From IMG/VR virus record IMGVR_UViG_3300037455_000543, positions 360,164 through 424,163 of that record: 64,000 nucleotides of DNA. One strand, given 5' to 3'. Position 1 is the first letter of the stretch. The number at the start of each line of letters is the position of its first letter. Positions 60,376-64,000 of the stretch are shown here, one piece after another. The position numbers were made by a program, and so were the translations under genes. The notes under the pieces were generated by a model. It searched no databases, had not been told where the DNA came from, and worked only from the letters and a program-made list of their open reading frames with translations. Source of the stretch: a virus (lineage: Duplodnaviria > Heunggongvirae > Uroviricota > Caudoviricetes).

Positions 60376-60447
60376 GGGTCATTAGTATAATGGTAGTATC
60401 TCTGATTTGCACTCAGAGGGCATCGGTTCGAATCCGATATGTATCCA
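60376..60447 (+). tRNA. tRNA-Ala(TGC), bulged acceptor
   Basis: TCTGA-TTTGCAC-TCAGA; G3.U70. Confidence 0.8.
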
Positions 60448-60456
60448 CGAAAATTT

Positions 60457-60529
60457 GGGACTGTAGCTCAGTAGGTAGAGCGTTGGCCTGAAGAGCCAAG
60501 CGTCGTAGGTTCGATTCCTACCGGTCCCG
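60457..60529 (+). tRNA. tRNA-Phe(GAA)
   Basis: TTGGC-CTGAAGA-GCCAA. Confidence 0.9.
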
Positions 60530-60537
60530 CTAAATAT

Positions 60538-60611
60538 GGGCTTGTGGCGCAATTTGGTAGCGCAGTAGCTTTGCAAGCTAAAGGTTACGGGATCGTTCCC
60601 CGTCAGGTCCA
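60538..60611 (+). tRNA. tRNA-Ala(TGC)
   Basis: TAGC-TTTGCAA-GCTA; G3.U70. Confidence 0.85.
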
Positions 60612-60620
60612 CTACATTAT

Positions 60621-60693
60621 GCCTCGGCATCCAATCGTGGGAATGGACGGGACTGAAAATCCCAGAAATCCGGTTCGACTCCGGAACCTGGCA
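60621..60693 (+). tRNA. tRNA-Phe(GAA), atypical acceptor
   Basis: GGGA-CTGAAAA-TCCC; good T-arm, poor acceptor pairing. Confidence 0.65.
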
Positions 60694-60704
60694 CTAAACA
60701 TTAT

Positions 60705-60777
60705 GGGCTCGCATGATCCAAGGAGGCGACCGGTCCTTGCAAGACTAGTGTGGTGAGTTCGATTCTCATCGGGTCCA
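60705..60777 (+). tRNA. tRNA-Ala(TGC), atypical D-arm
   Basis: GGTC-CTTGCAA-GACT; G3.U70. Confidence 0.8.
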
Positions 60778-60789
60778 CTAAAATTTTTC

Positions 60790-60863
60790 GGCGCTGTCGA
60801 ATAACTGGTTCAGTTCACCGGCCTTTCAAGTCGGAAATTCGGGTTCGAGTCCCGACAGCGCTA
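60790..60863 (+). tRNA. tRNA-Glu(TTC)
   Basis: CCGGC-CTTTCAA-GTCGG. Confidence 0.9.
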
Positions 60864-60874
60864 CTAAAATATAT

Positions 60875-60947
60875 GGGTTCGCATGATCCAAGGAGGCGAG
60901 CTGGCTTTGCAAGCCGGCTGAGGTGGATTCGATTTCCACCGGATCCA
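60875..60947 (+). tRNA. tRNA-Ala(TGC), atypical D-arm
   Basis: CTGGC-TTTGCAA-GCCGG; G3.U70; D region identical to 60705 copy. Confidence 0.8.
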
Positions 60948-61114
60948 CGAAAGTCTACGGGTGGTGCCATTACTGTAGGCAAAGCATAGAAATATGCTGG
61001 TGATGAAGGAACAATACAACATAGGTTTAAATGCGCCTTGAGTATCAAGACCTAAAATTGGCTGAGAATCACGACGAAGTTTTGTGTCTTCGTAGGAATA
61101 AAAAACACATTTAT

Positions 61115-61188
61115 GGCTCTATCGTCTACGCTGGTTAGGACGCTAGGTTTTCAACCTGGTAAATTTGGTTCGACACCAAATAGGGCTA
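61115..61188 (+). tRNA. tRNA-Glu(TTC)
   Basis: CTAGG-TTTTCAA-CCTGG. Confidence 0.9.
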
Positions 61189-61193
61189 CTAAT

Positions 61194-61269
61194 GGGGGCT
61201 ATGGTTTAATTACCGCTCTTGGGCATAGTGATTTCCTACTTTTAATTGGTTCGAATCCAATTGCCTCCA
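61194..61269 (+). ncRNA. Ala-type acceptor+T-arm minihelix fused to permuted UUCCUA motif
   Basis: GGGGGC/GCCTCC-A with G3.U70; AATTGG-TTCGAAT-CCAATT; TA ATTAC C GC..GC ATA GTGAT TTCCTA. Confidence 0.7.
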
Positions 61270-61367
61270 CTAAAAATCTTGAGGGTCTAAAGTGAAGCCT
61301 GCTTAGACACGTATCAAAGAGATGATAAAAGACTGGTTGGATTCCAGTTGGATCCTTAAGAAATCAT

Positions 61368-61440
61368 GGTTCTATCGTCTAGTGGCCAAGGACAGTCGGT
61401 TCTCAGCCGCCTTACTTCAGTTCGAATCTGAATAGAACTA
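61368..61440 (+). tRNA. tRNA-Glu(CTC)
   Basis: CGG-TTCTCAG-CCG; Glu-type D arm. Confidence 0.8.
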
Positions 61441-61464
61441 CTATTCCATTAAAGGAAGTATTAT

Positions 61465-61794
61465 ATGATAACAGTGACACAAATTAACGATTTAAGAAAA
61501 GAGACTCAGGTTAGCATGCTTCTTTGTAAGCAAGCTCTTGAAGCAACAGGTGGTGATTTCGATGCTGCAAAAAAGTGGCTTCGTGAACAAGGTAAAGAAG
61601 TTGCTGGGGATTCATCTGCTTTTGGATTCACATTGATTAAAAATGGACAAGTTTCTGAACAGAGTACAGATAATAAGTTCACTTATTCCGACGGCCATAC
61701 AAGTATAGATATTCGCAATTATGGAGGTTCTACACCTTATACCATATGGGGCGGAATAACTGGACAGATAGTCCTTAATCCCGTAAAAGTATAA
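61465..61794 (+). CDS. protein with EF-Ts N-terminal (UBA-like) domain
   Basis: ITVTQINDLRKETQVSMLLCKQALEATGGDFDAAKKWLREQG. Confidence 0.8.
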   Translation: MITVTQINDLRKETQVSMLLCKQALEATGGDFDAAKKWLREQGKEVAGDSSAFGFTLIKNGQVSEQSTDNKFTYSDGHTSIDIRNYGGSTPYTIWGGITGQIVLNPVKV

Positions 61795-61869
61795 TATATA
61801 ATTAATTCTATTAAAAAGGGTTGACAAATGTCAACCTTTTTCTATATTATATAAAAAATATCATAAAGG

Positions 61870-62406
61870 ATGGTTAGACGCAGAATGATTAAACCATGTG
61901 ATTTTATACGTTGTTGTAAAAAGGTTTTTGGCGAGGCAAATTGTACATTTACAAATACGGTAGGAACGTCAGAACCATATTATATAACTTGTATTGTAGA
62001 GAATAAGGAAGTTGCACATTTAGCTGTATATAGTAATATTTTGTCATCTTTATGCCGTGTATACATAGATAATTGTGAAAATATTGTAAATTATAAAATT
62101 ACATTATATTATTATCTTTTAAAAGCAAATAAGGCATTAAAGTCAGTTCGACAAAAATTATTTAAAATTTATAGGACTATTGATTCTGAATTTCCAGATG
62201 AAAATTTAAATGATACTGTGAAATTAACAATTCAATATCTTACTAATGTTGAATTTGAGACAGAAGAAAAAGTTCAAAAATTATTTAAAGATTTATTTGA
62301 TAGCACATGTCACAACAATCCTAAAATTAGAGAAAAACTTATTTTAGATATGTTCGAATTTTATGCTAATATGGTAAAGATTAATAAGATTAAAGAAGTT
62401 GAATAA
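61870..62406 (+). CDS. hypothetical protein
   Basis: ORF behind hairpin-promoter at ~61815-61848. Confidence 0.6.
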   Translation: MVRRRMIKPCDFIRCCKKVFGEANCTFTNTVGTSEPYYITCIVENKEVAHLAVYSNILSSLCRVYIDNCENIVNYKITLYYYLLKANKALKSVRQKLFKIYRTIDSEFPDENLNDTVKLTIQYLTNVEFETEEKVQKLFKDLFDSTCHNNPKIREKLILDMFEFYANMVKINKIKEVE

Positions 62407-62407
62407 T

Positions 62408-62440
62408 AAAAAAACCAGGTCATTAACCTGGTTTTATTTT
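62408..62440. terminator. bidirectional intrinsic terminator
   Basis: AAAACCAGGT/ACCTGGTTTT between convergent genes. Confidence 0.8.
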
Positions 62441-62454
62441 TAAATTCAATTTAA

Positions 62455-62790
62455 TTAATAAAACTCATCTACTGTTTTATCTGCAAGTTTATTTTGAACA
62501 CAGGCATCAGTCGTGCACTTAGCAAACTCAATACCATCTTCGTATACAATATCTGCCGTTTTTATGCTAGTATTATATTTTATAGCAAGGTCATTAGGCA
62601 ATTCTAAATTTTTATAACCATTGATAAAGAGTAGACGAAAATCATTATAATCGCTATCATCCCAATATTTATAATTACGGTCCCAAAGTTCATCAAAAAT
62701 GTCTTGCGGCGTATATGTAAAACCTCTGGTTTCGTTTATAACTTGATATCCATATTTATTAAGTATTTTTTTGGCTTCATTTAAATTCAT
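62455..62790 (-). CDS. hypothetical late-expressed protein
   Basis: AAGGAG SD and TATAAATA (minus strand 62816-62823), the T4 late promoter consensus. Confidence 0.75.
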   Translation of the reverse strand: MNLNEAKKILNKYGYQVINETRGFTYTPQDIFDELWDRNYKYWDDSDYNDFRLLFINGYKNLELPNDLAIKYNTSIKTADIVYEDGIEFAKCTTDACVQNKLADKTVDEFY

Positions 62791-62938
62791 TTGGTGTTCT
62801 CCTTAAATTATATATTATTTATAAAAAATTAATTTAAGGGGTTTACAAAAAGAAAATAAATTACTATATTTAACATCGTTAAAACAAAAAACAAAAACAG
62901 GAAAAAATTTTTTATATATAATATAAAGGTTAAGAAAA

Positions 62939-63040
62939 ATGACTAAGTTTGTAGTTGACACTCATGATTGCAAGACTCGCCGCGACGGACGAGGTTTCGG
63001 CAAGCATGATAAGGATCGTTACCTACACAGGGTCATCTAG
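62939..63040 (+). CDS. leader peptide 4 MTKFVVDTHDCKTRRDGRGFGKHDKDRYLHRVI
   Basis: D5 R5 K4 G3 H3; precedes terminator and Asp/Arg/Lys/Gly tRNAs. Confidence 0.85.
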   Translation: MTKFVVDTHDCKTRRDGRGFGKHDKDRYLHRVI

Positions 63041-63065
63041 TATTAAACTGTATAAAGTTTTAAAG

Positions 63066-63103
63066 AATGATTCCTGTGTAAAAACGGGAATCATTTTTTA
63101 TTT
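63066..63103 (+). terminator. attenuator terminator 4
   Basis: AATGATTCCTGT/ACGGGAATCATT + T-run; competitor TACACAGGGTCAT (63024-63036) pairs with 63067-63080. Confidence 0.85.
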
Positions 63104-63177
63104 GGTCTCATTGCCTAGTGGTCTAAGGCGCTGGTCTGTCTAACCAGTTTTCGTGAGTTCGAATCTCACTGGGATCG
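63104..63177 (+). tRNA. tRNA-Asp(GTC)
   Basis: CTGGT-CTGTCTA-ACCAG; G73. Confidence 0.85.
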
Positions 63178-63188
63178 CTACAAACAAA

Positions 63189-63251
63189 ATAGCATAAGAA
63201 GTTCCTATTAAAAAATACAGACTGCAAATCCGTTAATATACTTCTCGCTAT
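63189..63251 (+). ncRNA. UUCCUA motif copy with Cys-type (CTGCAAA) anticodon loop
   Basis: ATAGC ATA AGAAG TTCCTA...ACAGA-CTGCAAA-TCCGT...TA CTTCT C GCTAT. Confidence 0.7.
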
Positions 63252-63255
63252 ACTT

Positions 63256-63331
63256 GGGGCCGTAGCTCAATTTTGGTTAGAGCACCGGACTGTCACTTCG
63301 GAGGTTGAGGGTTCAAGTCCCTTCGGTCCCG
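63256..63331 (+). tRNA. tRNA-Asp(GTC)
   Basis: CCGGA-CTGTCAC-TTCGG. Confidence 0.9.
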
Positions 63332-63339
63332 TTAAATAT

Positions 63340-63419
63340 ACACCAGTAGCCGAGCCTGACTACGAATCAGGTACACGTAACTGGAGCTGAAAATGCAGGT
63401 TCGAACCCTGTCTGGTGTA
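63340..63419 (+). tRNA. tRNA-Arg(ACG) with rearranged D region
   Basis: Perfect acceptor, CCTGA-CTACGAA-TCAGG and T-arm; only 8 nt before anticodon arm, 23 nt after. Confidence 0.7.
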
Positions 63420-63430
63420 CTAAAAAATAT

Positions 63431-63485
63431 GCGGTGGGAGTTTTACTAATTTCTCGTGTCCGACACCGGGAAGATAAAAAATTAG
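63431..63485 (+). ncRNA. repeated pseudoknot element, copy 1
   Basis: GCGGTG GGAG TTTT ACTAAT TTCTC GTGTCCGACACCGGG..ATAAAAA ATTAG. Confidence 0.6.
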
Positions 63486-63568
63486 ATTCGCCAGCTCAGC
63501 GAATTCAAACAAATGAGTTTCTGGAGTTTGTAGGTAGCTTCTGTCCAAAACCAAAAACCTTCGCCTAT

Positions 63569-63643
63569 GCCTCACTAACTCAATTTGGTTAGAGTACCTG
63601 CCTCTTAAGCAGGGAGTTCAAGGTTCAAGTCCTTGGTGGGGTA
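63569..63643 (+). tRNA. tRNA-Lys(CTT)
   Basis: CCTGC-CTCTTAA-GCAGG. Confidence 0.9.
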
Positions 63644-63647
63644 CTAT

Positions 63648-63704
63648 GCGGTGAGAGTTTTGCTGGCTTCTCGTGTCCGACACCGGGCAGATAAAAAACC
63701 AGCA
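63648..63704 (+). ncRNA. repeated pseudoknot element, copy 2
   Basis: Same core with covarying TGCTGG/CCAGCA. Confidence 0.6.
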
Positions 63705-63709
63705 TTTAT

Positions 63710-63783
63710 GCGGTAGTAGCTCAACTGGTAGAGCACCGGATTGCCATTTCGGAGGTTTGTGGGTTCGAGACCCATCTACCGCT
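63710..63783 (+). tRNA. tRNA-Gly(GCC)
   Basis: CCGGA-TTGCCAT-TTCGG; U73. Confidence 0.9.
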
Positions 63784-63792
63784 TTAAAATTT

Positions 63793-63865
63793 GGATCTAT
63801 ATGTCAATGGTTCAGACGAGGAAACTCTTAATTTCCGGATTCCCGTTCGACTCGGGATAGGTCCA
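63793..63865 (+). tRNA. tRNA-Lys(CTT)
   Basis: GGAAA-CTCTTAA-TTTCC. Confidence 0.85.
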
Positions 63866-63876
63866 CTAAAATATAA

Positions 63877-63947
63877 GCACCTATGGTGTACAAGTAGCAA
63901 GTCGCATTGCCTGTGCGAAGGAGACGGGGCAGTACCGTCTAGGTGCT
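63877..63947 (+). tRNA. tRNA-Gly(GCC), atypical T-loop
   Basis: TCGCA-TTGCCTG-TGCGA; T-loop GGCAGTA; U73. Confidence 0.75.
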
Positions 63948-63956
63948 CTAAAAATT

Positions 63957-64000
63957 GCCTTATTGTTGTATTGGCTTAGCAAGCGATCCTTCCAAGTTCG
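63957..64000 (+). tRNA. tRNA-Gly(TCC), cut by window end
   Basis: CGATC-CTTCCAA-GTTCG. Confidence 0.6.

Noticed and set aside
52360-63103. T-box riboswitch as the control mechanism
   Set aside because: No T-box consensus (GGTGGNACCGCG) or stem I before the terminators; leader ORFs explain the layout.
54365-63251. CRISPR array reading of the GTTCCTA repeats
   Set aside because: Copies are dispersed, covary as RNA stems, some are permuted, with no regular spacers or cas genes.
52597-63979. Track ORFs over tRNA clusters (52597, 52917, 53001, 54505, 54764, 60264-61295, 62955, 63791)
   Set aside because: They overlap tRNA/ncRNA genes; 62955 is an alternative frame of leader 4.
1-64000. Stop-codon reassignment
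   Set aside because: Genes are full length in code 11, TAA/TAG/TGA all act as stops, and no suppressor anticodon is seen.

Overview
AT-rich segment of a large T4-like (jumbo) phage genome, standard genetic code, almost entirely + strand. 1-52.2 kb is a dense early/accessory gene array. It contains an AAA ATPase, a split DNA methyltransferase, HNH and GIY-YIG nucleases, gp45-like clamp and gp44-like clamp loader, dCMP deaminase, HAD nucleotidase, NADAR, phosphoesterases, CoaD and about 100 small hypothetical or membrane genes. The array is punctuated by sigma70-type promoters fused to terminator hairpins, many driving leaderless mRNAs. 52.2-64 kb holds four tRNA/ncRNA clusters. Main finding: each cluster is preceded by an unannotated leader peptide and a mutually exclusive antiterminator/terminator pair. 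Each peptide is enriched in the amino acids (often the exact codons) decoded by the tRNAs behind it: V/T/N/P, N/T/P, F/E/A and D/K/R/G. This looks like ribosome-mediated attenuation that switches on phage tRNA sets when the matching host tRNAs are depleted. The clusters also carry a 9-copy covarying RNA motif fused to tRNA fragments in normal and permuted form, class-II-type tRNA-Asn, anticodon-less and rearranged tRNAs, repeated pseudoknots and a candidate ~630-nt ncRNA. All calls come from reading the sequence; no searches were run.
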